Assembly: GCA_963832685.1 (NCBI GenBank)
Contig: CAWHUZ010000008.1
Coordinates: 129,638 to 193,637 of the forward strand
Direction of reading: 5' to 3'
DNA length: 64,000 bases
DNA from: an uncultured beta proteobacterium
GTDB taxonomy: Bacteria; Pseudomonadota; Gammaproteobacteria; Burkholderiales; SG8-39
Under the pieces are notes generated by a model. It had not been told where the DNA came from, ran no database searches, and was given only the letters and a program-made list of their open reading frames with translations. The first letter of the stretch is position 1. The number at the start of each line of letters is the position of its first letter. Positions 50,105-59,328 of the stretch are shown piece after piece. The translations under genes were made by a program, and so were the position numbers.

Positions 50105-50695
50105 CTAGTTGCCGTCGACCATTGTCATCGACTCGATCACAATCGCGTCGCGCGGCACGTCGCTGGCGAAGGGTCCGCCGCGCCCCGTGGGCGTCTTGGC
50201 GATCTTGGTCACGACGTCCAAGCCCGAAACGACCTTGCCAAACGCCGCGTAGCCGTTTCCATCGCCGTGCGGGTCGCCCCAGTTCAGGAACGCGTTGTCC
50301 GCGAGGTTGACAAAGAACTGCGCGGTCGCGGAGTTCGGGTTTGCGGTACGTGCCATGGCGATCGTTCCCGCGACGTTCTTGAGGCCGGCCTCGACCCCCG
50401 CTCGCGCCTCATTCGGGATGGGCGCGCGCGTCGGCTTCTGCTCGTAGCTTCGATCAAATCCGCCTCCCTGAATCATGAAACCGTCGATAACCCGGTGGAA
50501 GATCGTGCCATCGTAATGGTGTTCGCGAACGTACTGCAGGAAGTTGGCGACCGTCTTCGGCGCTTTCGACGGATACAGTTCGAGGCGGAACGTGCCGAGG
50601 CTGGTCTTCACGTCGATTTGCGGAGCGGCGGCGGCGGCAGACGAGGCGGCGGCGGAAAGAACGAGGAGGGATTTCCAGAGCTTGAGAAGTTTCAT
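50105..50695 (-). CDS. ppiA: periplasmic peptidyl-prolyl cis-trans isomerase (cyclophilin type)
   Basis: Signal peptide MKLLKLWKSLLVLSAAASSAAAAA. Cyclophilin motifs KTVANF, FHRVIDGFMIQGGGF, SATAQFFVN. Confidence 0.9.
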   Translation of the reverse strand: MKLLKLWKSLLVLSAAASSAAAAAPQIDVKTSLGTFRLELYPSKAPKTVANFLQYVREHHYDGTIFHRVIDGFMIQGGGFDRSYEQKPTRAPIPNEARAGVEAGLKNVAGTIAMARTANPNSATAQFFVNLADNAFLNWGDPHGDGNGYAAFGKVVSGLDVVTKIAKTPTGRGGPFASDVPRDAIVIESMTMVDGN

Positions 50696-50738
50696 GGGTG
50701 GTTTCGCTGAATGACGCCATCTCGGGCGCCGGTGGGAC

Positions 50739-51929
50739 TCAGCCGGCGCCCTCGTAGAGGATCTTCCAGCTGCCGTTTTCCTTCGACCAGTACTGCACCT
50801 TTCGCATCGCATTCGAAAGGTTGTTCGAGCGGTAGTTCTGCGCGAAGCTCACCACAGCGAAGTCGCGCTCGCGCGGATATCGAAACATGGCGAAGTCCGA
50901 AATTCCGACCTTGATCCATGTCTTGTTCGAATTGATCTTGCGCTTGCGCGCAGCCCACACCGCGAAGTCTTGCCGGTCGGAGCGGAAGCGCGCTGAATAG
51001 TGGCTCAGGTAACGCGCCGTGTCGCGGCTTTCCCAGTCGGAGCGCCAGCCTTCGATCGCCTGGGCGAGGGACTTTCTGTCCGCATCGATGGCGGCGGGGC
51101 TGCTCCATTGGATCTCGTCGGCGATGATGACCGGCGTCAGCCCGATCTGCACGTAGCGCCCCACCGACTCGAGGTCCGGATTTGCGAGCACGATGCAACC
51201 ATCGCTTGCGCGCGGCGGACGGCTGTAGGTATTGGACGGAGTGCCGTGCAGCCATATGCCGTGGCCATTGCGGCCCATCAACTTGTCCCACGCATTCGGA
51301 TAGTCGATGGGGAAAGCGCCCGCGCCGTAGAAGTCGGTCAGCTTCTTGCGCGGCAGGTTCGCAATGACATGGTAGACACCGATGGGGGTCTTCTGGTCGC
51401 CTTCGCGCGTCTTTTCCATGCCGCGCTTGCCGAGCGTTACGTAGTAATCCCCGACGTATTTCGGTCGACCGTCGACGTTCCTGAAAAGATAGAGCCGCGA
51501 CATGCGCGAGTCGACCACGATCGCGTACTTCTGCTCGGAATTGAGTTGCAGGACGTCGCGTGGGAGCCGGTCCATGGAGTGACGCGTGCGGAGGGCGCGC
51601 AGGCGCGCGAGCGCTTCTTCGCGCAGTCCCTCGACCTTCGCGCGCGGAACCGTCTTTGCAACGTCGCCGAACGTTTGCAAAGGTCGCGTACGCGCGAGAA
51701 GCAAGTCACCGCGGATCAGGTGAGCGAGACGAAACGTCGGGTGAGCCGCGATCAGTGCCTCGACGCGTCGCAGCGCCACGTCGGGCCGGTCGCCTTCGAT
51801 TGCCTGAATGACGCCGGACAGTCCGTGCTCGAGCTCCGCGTCCCGAGAGCCCGCTTGGCTGGCGCTGGGAAGGAATGACGCGCAGATGATTGACAGCGCG
51901 AGAACGAGCCGCGATGCGGGCCTCGTCAT
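50739..51929 (-). CDS. L,D-transpeptidase (YkuD) family protein with C-terminal NTF2/SnoaL-like domain
   Basis: Signal peptide from the ATG at 51929. YkuD catalytic region GIWLHGTPSNTYSRPPRASDGCIVLAN. The C-terminal ~110 aa are homologous to the C-terminus of the upstream gene product. Confidence 0.8.
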   Translation of the reverse strand: MTRPASRLVLALSIICASFLPSASQAGSRDAELEHGLSGVIQAIEGDRPDVALRRVEALIAAHPTFRLAHLIRGDLLLARTRPLQTFGDVAKTVPRAKVEGLREEALARLRALRTRHSMDRLPRDVLQLNSEQKYAIVVDSRMSRLYLFRNVDGRPKYVGDYYVTLGKRGMEKTREGDQKTPIGVYHVIANLPRKKLTDFYGAGAFPIDYPNAWDKLMGRNGHGIWLHGTPSNTYSRPPRASDGCIVLANPDLESVGRYVQIGLTPVIIADEIQWSSPAAIDADRKSLAQAIEGWRSDWESRDTARYLSHYSARFRSDRQDFAVWAARKRKINSNKTWIKVGISDFAMFRYPRERDFAVVSFAQNYRSNNLSNAMRKVQYWSKENGSWKILYEGAG

Positions 51930-52984
51930 TAGCCGCCTACCTGCTCCCGCCGGATCAGCCAATGCCCGCCGATTTTCACCATGTCGAGCGTCTTGTCGCC
52001 CGTGCCGTTGAAGCGGTCGGATCGGTATATCTGGCGGAAGGTGACGTGAGCCTTCGAGTCACCTTCCAGGGCTACCTTGGGATGCGTGACCTCGACTGAG
52101 ATCCGCTCGGGGCCGCCAACACGGCGACGGCGGAGGTCCTCCCATGCGTTGCGCGGCTCGCCATTCGGTGTCTTGAAATCCGGCGCGTAGTGCGAAAGGT
52201 AGGCGTTGACGTTTCGGCTTGACCACGCGCTCGCCCACGCGGCGACCGCCGCCAGCACTTCGCCGCGGGGATCCGTCGACCGCGTTGAGGCGGAAACCGG
52301 CGCGGCCGGCTGCTCGGCCGCGACCTCGACCGGAGGTTTGACGGCCGCCACGGGCTTGGCCGGCGCCGGCGCTGGCGCCGCTGCCATTGCCGGAGGCGGA
52401 GGAGGGGCGGGGGACGCGGAGGCCGCCGCGACCGCGACGGGCTTCGCGCCGCCTCCTTGCGCTGCGGGGCGCGGTTCGGGGGCAGCGCCGACGAGGCTGC
52501 GCACCAGCATCAGCTTGTTTTGCGCCGTAGAGTTGGACGAGTCCAGTTGCAACGCCTTGTCGTAGGCCTGGCTCGCGAGACGCGCGTAGACATCGCCCAA
52601 GTTCTCGTAGGCCGTTGCATAGCTGGAATGAGTCCGGATCGACTTCTCGAGCGCGGCGCGTGCTTTCTCGTACTCTCCTTGCCCGGCGTAGATCACGGCG
52701 AGATTGTTATAGGGCTCCGGCAGGTCCGGATAGTCCTTCGTAAGCCTCTGGAACACTTCGATCGCTTCCTTGGTATTGCCCTGCTCGGTCAGTATGAGCC
52801 CCTTGAGGAAGCGCGCCTGCGGATCCTGAGGCTTGGCGGCGATCGCCTTGTCGACGTGCTCGAGCGCTTGCGGGTAGCGGCCGGTCTTGAGCAGCGCGTT
52901 TGCTTCCTGCATGTCGTCGGCATGCGCGCAAGACGCGCCCACCACCGCGCCGAGCAGGAGCGCCTGGAAGAACCGGCGAAACAT
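51929..52984 (-). CDS. TPR repeat protein with C-terminal NTF2/SnoaL-like domain
   Basis: Signal peptide MFRRFFQALLLGAVVGASCAHA, 3-4 TPRs, an Ala/Pro linker, and a C-terminal domain W.S.W.SR....YLSHY shared with the L,D-transpeptidase. Its TAA overlaps the downstream ATG by 1 nt. Confidence 0.7.
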   Translation of the reverse strand: MFRRFFQALLLGAVVGASCAHADDMQEANALLKTGRYPQALEHVDKAIAAKPQDPQARFLKGLILTEQGNTKEAIEVFQRLTKDYPDLPEPYNNLAVIYAGQGEYEKARAALEKSIRTHSSYATAYENLGDVYARLASQAYDKALQLDSSNSTAQNKLMLVRSLVGAAPEPRPAAQGGGAKPVAVAAASASPAPPPPPAMAAAPAPAPAKPVAAVKPPVEVAAEQPAAPVSASTRSTDPRGEVLAAVAAWASAWSSRNVNAYLSHYAPDFKTPNGEPRNAWEDLRRRRVGGPERISVEVTHPKVALEGDSKAHVTFRQIYRSDRFNGTGDKTLDMVKIGGHWLIRREQVGG

Positions 52985-53189
52985 CGTGCCGCGGCGAACG
53001 AAATAGACCATTGTGTTATACTTTTCAAGGCCCTACGAAACAGCGCATTCTAGACCAACCCCCGCCTCGCGACAACTTCAAACGACTCTTTTTTTGCACC
53101 GCACCGTGCGGTTCCCGAGGTTTTGAATGGCCGCGCTGCGCGTAGTTCCCTCGGCCGGCGGCGAAACGCGGCGAGCACAGTGGCGCCCG

Positions 53190-54554
53190 ATGCTCACGAT
53201 CTACAACACGCTCGGTAGAAAGAAGCAGGTTTTCGCGCCGATCCGCGAGGGCGAAGTGCGCATGTACGTTTGCGGCATGACGGTCTACGACTACTGTCAT
53301 CTGGGACATGCGCGGGTGATGGTGGCGTTCGACGTCGTTCGCAGGTGGCTGCGCGAAAGCGACTATCGCGTGACCTACGCGCGCAACATCACCGACATCG
53401 ACGACAAGATCATCCGGCGCGCGGTAGAGAACGGCGAGACCATCGGCGAGCTCACGGCACGTTTCGTCCGCTATATGGAGGAAGACGCGACGGCACTTGG
53501 CGTCGAGGCGCCGGACCACGAGCCGCGGGCGACCCGCTACGTGCCGCAGATGCTCGACATGATCGCCACGCTCGAGCGCCGCGGTTTGGCGTATCGGGCG
53601 ACCGGCGGCGACGTCAATTTCGCGGTCCGCAAGTTCGCGGGCTACGGAAAGCTGTCTGGCAAGTCCCTCGATGAGCTACGGGCCGGCGAACGCGTCTCGG
53701 TCGATGCGTCGAAGCAGGACCCTCTCGACTTCGTGCTCTGGAAGCGCTCCAAGCCGGACGAGCCGAAGTGGCTGTCGATCTGGGGGGAAGGCCGCCCGGG
53801 ATGGCATATCGAGTGTTCGGCCATGAGCTGCGCGCTGCTCGGCGAGCACTTCGACATCCACGGCGGCGGCGAGGACTTGCAGTTTCCCCACCACGAGAAC
53901 GAAATCGCCCAATCCGAAGGCGCGAGCGGCAAGACTTTCGTGAATTTCTGGATGCACAACGGTTTCGTGCGCGTGGACGAAGAGAAGATGTCGAAGTCGC
54001 TCGGCAATTTTCGCACCGTGCGCGACATCCTGGCCTCGTTCGACGCCGAAGTGGTGCGGTTCTTCATCGTGCGCGCGCACTACCGCAGTCCGCTGAACTA
54101 CTCGGACGCGCACATGCAGGACGCGAAGGCGGCGTTGACGCGCCTTTATACCGCGCTGAGAGGAAGTGCGGTTGCGCCGGCACCGGTGGACTGGAACGAG
54201 TCCCACGCCAGGCGTTTCAAGGCGGCAATGGATGACGATTTCGGCACGCCCGAGGCGATTGCCGTGCTGTTCGATCTGGCGAACGAAGTGAACCGAGGCG
54301 CCACGGGCCTTGCACCGCAGCTGCGCGCTCTGGGGGGGCTGCTCGGAATTCTTCAGCGCGATGCGCAGGATTATCTGCGCGCCGGACCCGGCACGAGGCT
54401 CGACGACGCGGAGATAGAGCGTCGAATCGCGCGCCGCACCGAGTTCAAGAAGGCGCGCAACTACGCCGCGGCGGACGCCGAGCGCGAGGCGCTGGCGCAA
54501 GCCGGCATCATTCTCGAGGACGGACCCGAAGGCACGACCTGGCGCCGCGGCTGA
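53190..54554 (+). CDS. cysS: cysteine--tRNA ligase
   Basis: [18 protein letters not shown] (HIGH-type motif), [15 protein letters not shown], and the KMSKS motif. Confidence 0.95.
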   Translation: MLTIYNTLGRKKQVFAPIREGEVRMYVCGMTVYDYCHLGHARVMVAFDVVRRWLRESDYRVTYARNITDIDDKIIRRAVENGETIGELTARFVRYMEEDATALGVEAPDHEPRATRYVPQMLDMIATLERRGLAYRATGGDVNFAVRKFAGYGKLSGKSLDELRAGERVSVDASKQDPLDFVLWKRSKPDEPKWLSIWGEGRPGWHIECSAMSCALLGEHFDIHGGGEDLQFPHHENEIAQSEGASGKTFVNFWMHNGFVRVDEEKMSKSLGNFRTVRDILASFDAEVVRFFIVRAHYRSPLNYSDAHMQDAKAALTRLYTALRGSAVAPAPVDWNESHARRFKAAMDDDFGTPEAIAVLFDLANEVNRGATGLAPQLRALGGLLGILQRDAQDYLRAGPGTRLDDAEIERRIARRTEFKKARNYAAADAEREALAQAGIILEDGPEGTTWRRG

Positions 54555-54563
54555 GCGGGCCGC

Positions 54564-55703
54564 TCAGTCCTTGAATCCGCCATCCCGGCCGATGATCGTC
54601 AGGTCGACGTACATCGAGCCATTGTGATTCTTCGGCGAGTAGTTCACCGCGAATCCGCCGAAGTCGACGTCGTTCATCGAATTCAGCGCGTCGGTGAATC
54701 TTTCCCGCGTCAGCGTCTTGCCCGCGCGCCGCAGCCCTTCTACCGTGACCTTGGCCACCAGGAAGCCTTCGAGGCTGGAGAAGTTGACGTCAACCTTCGC
54801 CTTCTTGGCCAGCTCGTTGAACTCCTCTACGACCGGCACTTTGAGGCTCCAGGGGAAAGGCACCACCTGCGAGATGGCGACGCCGACGCCGTCCTTCCCG
54901 AGCTCGTTGGCGAGCGCCGTCGAGCCTACGAACGAGACGTTGTAGAACTGGCCGTCGTACCCCTCCTTCTTCGCCTGCTTGATGAACGCGGCGATCGACT
55001 TGTACGCGCTGATCATGATCACGGCGTCGGGTCGCTTCGGCAGGATTTCCTTGATGGCCTTGGCCACGTCGACGGTATTGCGCTCGACCGTTCCGGTCGC
55101 GACGATCTCGCCGCCGCGCTTCTGGATCGCGAGCTGGACGCCGGTCAGGCCGGCCTGGCCGTAGCTGTCGTTCTGGTAGAACACCGCAAAGCGCTTGTTT
55201 CCCGTCGTGAGAAGCTGCTCGACGATCTGATCGGTCTCGTTGTAGTAGCTCGCGCGCACGTTGAACACGTACGGATTGACGGGCGTACGAAGCAACTCGG
55301 CGCCGGTGAACGGGCCGACGAACGGAACCCTGGCCTTGGTGAAGACCGGCAACGCCGCCTTGCTGGTCGGCGTGCCGACGTATCCCACCAGCGCGAACAC
55401 CCTGTCGTCTTCGATCAGTTTGCGCGTGTCTTCCGCCGCGCGGTCGGATTCGTAGCCGTCGTCGCGAGTCGTGAGGCGAATGGTGCGCCCATGGACGCCA
55501 CCTTGCGCGTTGATGTGATTGAACCAGAGCAACATGCCGTCGCGCATCTGGATTCCGAGCTGTTGCGCGGGGCCCGTGAAGGCCGCGGATTGGCCCAGAA
55601 GGATCGTGGTCGGCGTCACGCCCGGAACCTGCTGGGCGCAGGCGGCATTCATCGCCAGGCCAAGAACCCCGGCGCAGGCAAGTCGAGTCAGCAATGTTTT
55701 CAT
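54564..55703 (-). CDS. ABC transporter substrate-binding protein (branched-chain amino acid / LivK-like, Peripla_BP_6)
   Basis: Signal peptide, then ILLGQSAAFTGPAQQLG..M..G and a type I periplasmic binding fold pattern. Confidence 0.8.
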   Translation of the reverse strand: MKTLLTRLACAGVLGLAMNAACAQQVPGVTPTTILLGQSAAFTGPAQQLGIQMRDGMLLWFNHINAQGGVHGRTIRLTTRDDGYESDRAAEDTRKLIEDDRVFALVGYVGTPTSKAALPVFTKARVPFVGPFTGAELLRTPVNPYVFNVRASYYNETDQIVEQLLTTGNKRFAVFYQNDSYGQAGLTGVQLAIQKRGGEIVATGTVERNTVDVAKAIKEILPKRPDAVIMISAYKSIAAFIKQAKKEGYDGQFYNVSFVGSTALANELGKDGVGVAISQVVPFPWSLKVPVVEEFNELAKKAKVDVNFSSLEGFLVAKVTVEGLRRAGKTLTRERFTDALNSMNDVDFGGFAVNYSPKNHNGSMYVDLTIIGRDGGFKD

Positions 55704-55773
55704 GGTGCGACCGTCATATTGCAGAAGTTTTCATCTAAGCACAACGGACGAGACGCTGCGCGGAACTATTCCC

Positions 55774-57798
55774 TTACAGATCGAACGACGAGGGCGGCAG
55801 CCCTGCTTTGTGGCGGCGCCACATTTGAACGAACCCGGCTTCGAGCTCGCGAACGCGGCCGGCCGTGTCAAACAGGGGCGCGCTCGACCGGTTTGCGCTC
55901 AGCCTGGCCTTCAGTGCGCCGAGTGCAGCGCGGTTGGCGCCGAGGTCCGTGGCTGCTCGTACGAAGGCCTCGGAATCGGCGGCAACGAGATCCGGTAGTC
56001 CCGCGGCGCGCAACAGGCTCTCGCCGGCGCGTGAGGCGAAGGTCTCGCCCCTGAGGGTCAATACCGGCAGGCCGGCACCGAGGGCGTCGCATGCGGTGGA
56101 TATGGCGTCGTGATGGACGGCATCGAGCAGCAGGTCGCCGAGCCGCTGACGGGCGAGGTAGCGTTCGCGCGGATCGAGGGGCGCGCAAATGAGGCGCCGG
56201 GCGTCGACGCCGCGCGCAGCCGCCTCGCGTCGCAGATTTTCGATACCCGCGGGCGGCAAGGCGTTCAGCCACAGAACGGATCCCGGAACGCGCGTGAGCG
56301 CGCGCATCCACAGGTCGAACGCGTCGGGGGTGATCTTCTCGGGCTTGTGGCTGGCGCAAAACACGACGGCGTTCACTGGCAGGCCGTAGTCGGCTCTGGC
56401 GATGGAGCGCGGCGGTGCCGACTCCCGAAAGTCGTAGAGAAAGTAGGTATTGGGCAGACGCACGAGCGCTTCCGACCAGCGCGTTTGAGATTCCGGGGGG
56501 GCGACGACGCTGTCGACGATCGCGTAGTCCACCCGCTCCGACCCGAGCGTCGCGGGGAACACCAAGTAGAGCACCTGCAGGACGGCCGGGCGGTACGCGA
56601 CAATCTCGAATCGGCCGCCCGCGGCGTGGCCTGCCGCATCGACGAGAATGTCGACCTCGTCGCGCCGGATTGCTTCGGCGGCGGCGCGGTCGCCGAATCC
56701 GGCGAGGTCGCGGAACCGGTCCGCGGCCTGGCGCAGCCTGGTGCGGACCGGACTTCCATCGTCCGCAGTCAGCGAATAGGCGAAAACCTCGAAGCGCGCG
56801 CGGTCGATCAGCTCGAACAGGGGCAGCAACAGGTAGGCATGCAAGTGCGCGCGAAAGTCCGGCGACACGATCCCGATGCGGATGCGGTCGTGCGTGCGTT
56901 CCGCACACTGCGGCATGGGAACGACCTTACGTTCGATGCGGGCAGCGATCGCGCGAGCGAGGTGGAACCGCTCGCCCTCGTCGAGCGGCAGATGCAGCGC
57001 GGTGAACGCAAGCGCACGGTCGAGCTGCAACGCCGGGTCGCGGATCGCCCGCCGGAACTCGGCCAGGTAGTCCTCCCATCCGCTCCAGTCGCACGCGCCC
57101 TGCGCGACGTAACGCCGCCAGAGAAAGATGTTCTCGGGCGCCAGCATCGCTTCCGGCTCGGAATGCGGCGCCACAGACTGAATGAAGCGCATGACCGCGG
57201 GGCGGTCGGCGGAGAGCGCCGCGGCGATCGCCGCGCGCGACTCCTCGAAACGCCGCAGCGAGGCGAGCGCGATCCCGCGTTTGAGCAACGCGAGTGAATC
57301 GCGCGGCACCCGCGCAATGATCCAATCGAACTCAGTAAGTGCTTCCTCGTACCTGCCGAGCGCGAGCAGGACCTCGGCGAGGTCGCCGCGCGCGCGCGGC
57401 GAATCCGGATGCAGGCCGGCATAGCCGCGGTGGCTGCGTTCCGCCTCGCCCAGCCGTCCCATCCGGGCCAGAAGCAGACCGCGATTGTGCAGGGCGTCTT
57501 CGTGCGCGGGAGCCCGCTGCAGCGCGGTTTCGTAGCGCGCGAGCGCGTCGTCCGGCCGACCGAGGTCCTCGAGCGCGACGGCGCTGGCGTAGATTGCGTT
57601 GGCATTGGGCGAAAGCGTGAGCGAGCGCTCGAACGCCTCGAGCGCGCCCGCCGCGTCGCTCAACTGATGCCGGCAGGCGCCGAGCAGAAACCAGCCTCTC
57701 GCATCAGACGCGTCGGCAGCGACTTGCGCTTCGAGAAGCGGCAACGCCGCGCGCGGGTCGCCCGCGCGCAGCCGCTCGAGTGCCGCGTCCAGCGACAA
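55774..57798 (-). CDS. TPR repeat protein fused to GT41 (O-GlcNAc transferase / SPINDLY-like) glycosyltransferase domain
   Basis: The N-terminal ~230 aa are TPRs. The C-terminal part has RIGIVSPDFRAHLHAYLLLPLFE..DR..FEVFAYS, typical of bacterial OGT-like GT41 proteins. The TTG start lies 6 nt after the FecR-domain gene's stop. No signal peptide. Confidence 0.7.
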   Translation of the reverse strand: MSLDAALERLRAGDPRAALPLLEAQVAADASDARGWFLLGACRHQLSDAAGALEAFERSLTLSPNANAIYASAVALEDLGRPDDALARYETALQRAPAHEDALHNRGLLLARMGRLGEAERSHRGYAGLHPDSPRARGDLAEVLLALGRYEEALTEFDWIIARVPRDSLALLKRGIALASLRRFEESRAAIAAALSADRPAVMRFIQSVAPHSEPEAMLAPENIFLWRRYVAQGACDWSGWEDYLAEFRRAIRDPALQLDRALAFTALHLPLDEGERFHLARAIAARIERKVVPMPQCAERTHDRIRIGIVSPDFRAHLHAYLLLPLFELIDRARFEVFAYSLTADDGSPVRTRLRQAADRFRDLAGFGDRAAAEAIRRDEVDILVDAAGHAAGGRFEIVAYRPAVLQVLYLVFPATLGSERVDYAIVDSVVAPPESQTRWSEALVRLPNTYFLYDFRESAPPRSIARADYGLPVNAVVFCASHKPEKITPDAFDLWMRALTRVPGSVLWLNALPPAGIENLRREAAARGVDARRLICAPLDPRERYLARQRLGDLLLDAVHHDAISTACDALGAGLPVLTLRGETFASRAGESLLRAAGLPDLVAADSEAFVRAATDLGANRAALGALKARLSANRSSAPLFDTAGRVRELEAGFVQMWRRHKAGLPPSSFDL

Positions 57799-57804
57799 CC
57801 GCGG

Positions 57805-59232
57805 TTATGGCACCGGCACGCCGGTGTTCTTGAACGCCGCAGCGCCGACGATGTCTGCGGAGTAGCTGTCGTTGATGTGGTATGCCACGCCGGCGCGCGC
57901 GGCGTTTGCGCCCGAGAAGAATCCCTGGACGTCTGAAAAGCAGCCCGACCCGGCGCACGCATTTCCGCCGGCTCCGGTGACGCTCAAGCTCGAGGACGAG
58001 AACAGCGCTCCGGAATAGTTGTCCGCCATTCCGTTCAACAGGTATTTGTTGCCGTCCGGCATCGCGACGCTGAATGCCATTGTGACGGTGGGATTACTCG
58101 GGCCGAACAGGACTTCGAGTGAACCGGCGAAGCTGCCCGGCGCCGAGCGTCCATCGACATAGGTCGGGCTGGTGGCACCGAGCAGGGTAAATATCGCGCT
58201 TCCGGTGGTCGGCATCACCGGGGTTGGCATGCCGATCACGTAATGCAGGCCCCGTTTCGCATCGTAGGTCACGAGCGAGGAGCAATCGCATCCCTGATTC
58301 GTGACATCGCCGATCCAGCGTCCCCAGGCGAGAATGCCGTCAGTACCGAAATCGACGTTCGATCCGCCAGGTTGGAGCGTGAATTGTCCGTCCGATGCCG
58401 ACACGTCGGTCAGCTGGCCGGACGCGTCGAACACGGCATCGACGGGTGTGGAAGCGAACACGTACGGTGGTCCGTAACCCGAGCTGTCGAATACGACCGC
58501 TGTCGCGTACCCGCTGCCGCTCTTCAGCGGAACGATCGGAACGATCGGAACGATCGTCGGCACGATGGGATCGCCGCTGTCGGTGCGCTCGTCGCCGTAG
58601 ATGAAGGTGGGGGGCGGCGCGGGCGGGACTTGGGGGATGCCGTTGGTTTCCTGCGGCGGCTGGCTCGGATCGGCGGGGGCAAGGCCGCTGGAGCCCGCCG
58701 GGACGTCGATCGATCCCGCGGCGTTGCTGAGCGACCAGATGCCGCTGCTGCCGCGGATGAGCGTCGACCCGTCAGGAAGTACCGCGATCAGGCCGCCGGT
58801 GCCGCGGATGCCGACGGTCGCGGTCGGGGTCGTGATCTGGAAGGTGTTGCGGTTGACGCGGCCGATGAGGCCGGTCACCGCGCGCATGGCGCCCTTGAGG
58901 AGCGAGAAGAAGCCGCGCTCGCTGCCGTCGGGTTTGCCGTCGTACTTGTACTCGTTGACTCCGAACACGGTGTTCGGCTGCAGCGAAACGTAGGCGCCAT
59001 CGGGGAACCGGATCTGTGCCCGGCCGTCATTGGTGCGGATGGTGTCGCCGCTTTCGAGCTCGGCGCCCTTGAGCAGAGGTCGCTGCTGGCCGTTTGGCCG
59101 GGTCGCGACGACGCCGCCTGTGCTGAAGTCGATGCGGCCGGCACTGCCCTCGGCGTTGCCGGCGAATGCCGCGGAAATGAGTGCGAGCGTCAGCGCGCTC
59201 CTGTTCATCCGAAACGGTGCTGTCCTGTTCAT
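57805..59232 (-). CDS. secreted FecR-domain protein with TbpB-like C-terminal beta-barrel (candidate Slam cargo)
   Basis: Sec signal without a lipobox Cys (ALTLALISAAFAGNA|EG). FecR domain (GRIDFSTGGVVATRP......L..G..L..GD.I.T..G.A.I.F.DG). Pro-rich/IVP-repeat linker. The C-terminal ~190 aa show the pattern of the 8-stranded barrel of TbpB/fHbp/HpuA-type proteins (A.FTL.GAT......G.F.GSL.V.F.......M.F.V......Y.L.G........F......V.GFF.G..A...G..Y........IVGAAAFK). SD GGGGGA lies 5 nt upstream of ATG 59232. Confidence 0.55.
   Translation of the reverse strand: MNRTAPFRMNRSALTLALISAAFAGNAEGSAGRIDFSTGGVVATRPNGQQRPLLKGAELESGDTIRTNDGRAQIRFPDGAYVSLQPNTVFGVNEYKYDGKPDGSERGFFSLLKGAMRAVTGLIGRVNRNTFQITTPTATVGIRGTGGLIAVLPDGSTLIRGSSGIWSLSNAAGSIDVPAGSSGLAPADPSQPPQETNGIPQVPPAPPPTFIYGDERTDSGDPIVPTIVPIVPIVPLKSGSGYATAVVFDSSGYGPPYVFASTPVDAVFDASGQLTDVSASDGQFTLQPGGSNVDFGTDGILAWGRWIGDVTNQGCDCSSLVTYDAKRGLHYVIGMPTPVMPTTGSAIFTLLGATSPTYVDGRSAPGSFAGSLEVLFGPSNPTVTMAFSVAMPDGNKYLLNGMADNYSGALFSSSSLSVTGAGGNACAGSGCFSDVQGFFSGANAARAGVAYHINDSYSADIVGAAAFKNTGVPVP
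58529..58555. repeat. perfect 9-bp tandem repeat (GGAACGATC x3) inside the FecR-domain gene
   Basis: Three exact head-to-tail copies at 58529-37, 58538-46 and 58547-55, plus a degenerate fourth. In frame they encode (IVP)n in the inter-domain linker. Confidence 0.9.
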
Positions 59233-59328
59233 TTCGTCCCCCAAATTCCGAGCCGGCCCTCGGGACGTTGAGGCGCCCCCAGGGGCCGCGGTACCAGCAA
59301 ATATGTCACGTTACTGGCCCCGAGACTG

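Noticed and set aside
53085-53120. T-run followed by the palindrome ACCGCACCGTGCGGT in the cysS upstream region
   Set aside because: The T-run precedes rather than follows the stem on the plus strand, and on the minus strand the stem is followed by GCAAAAAAAG. Neither orientation forms an intrinsic terminator.
54624-56054. 476-aa plus-strand ORF
   Set aside because: Antisense to the ABC substrate-binding protein gene and the 3' end of the GT41 gene. The product is Arg/Asp/Val-rich with no motif.
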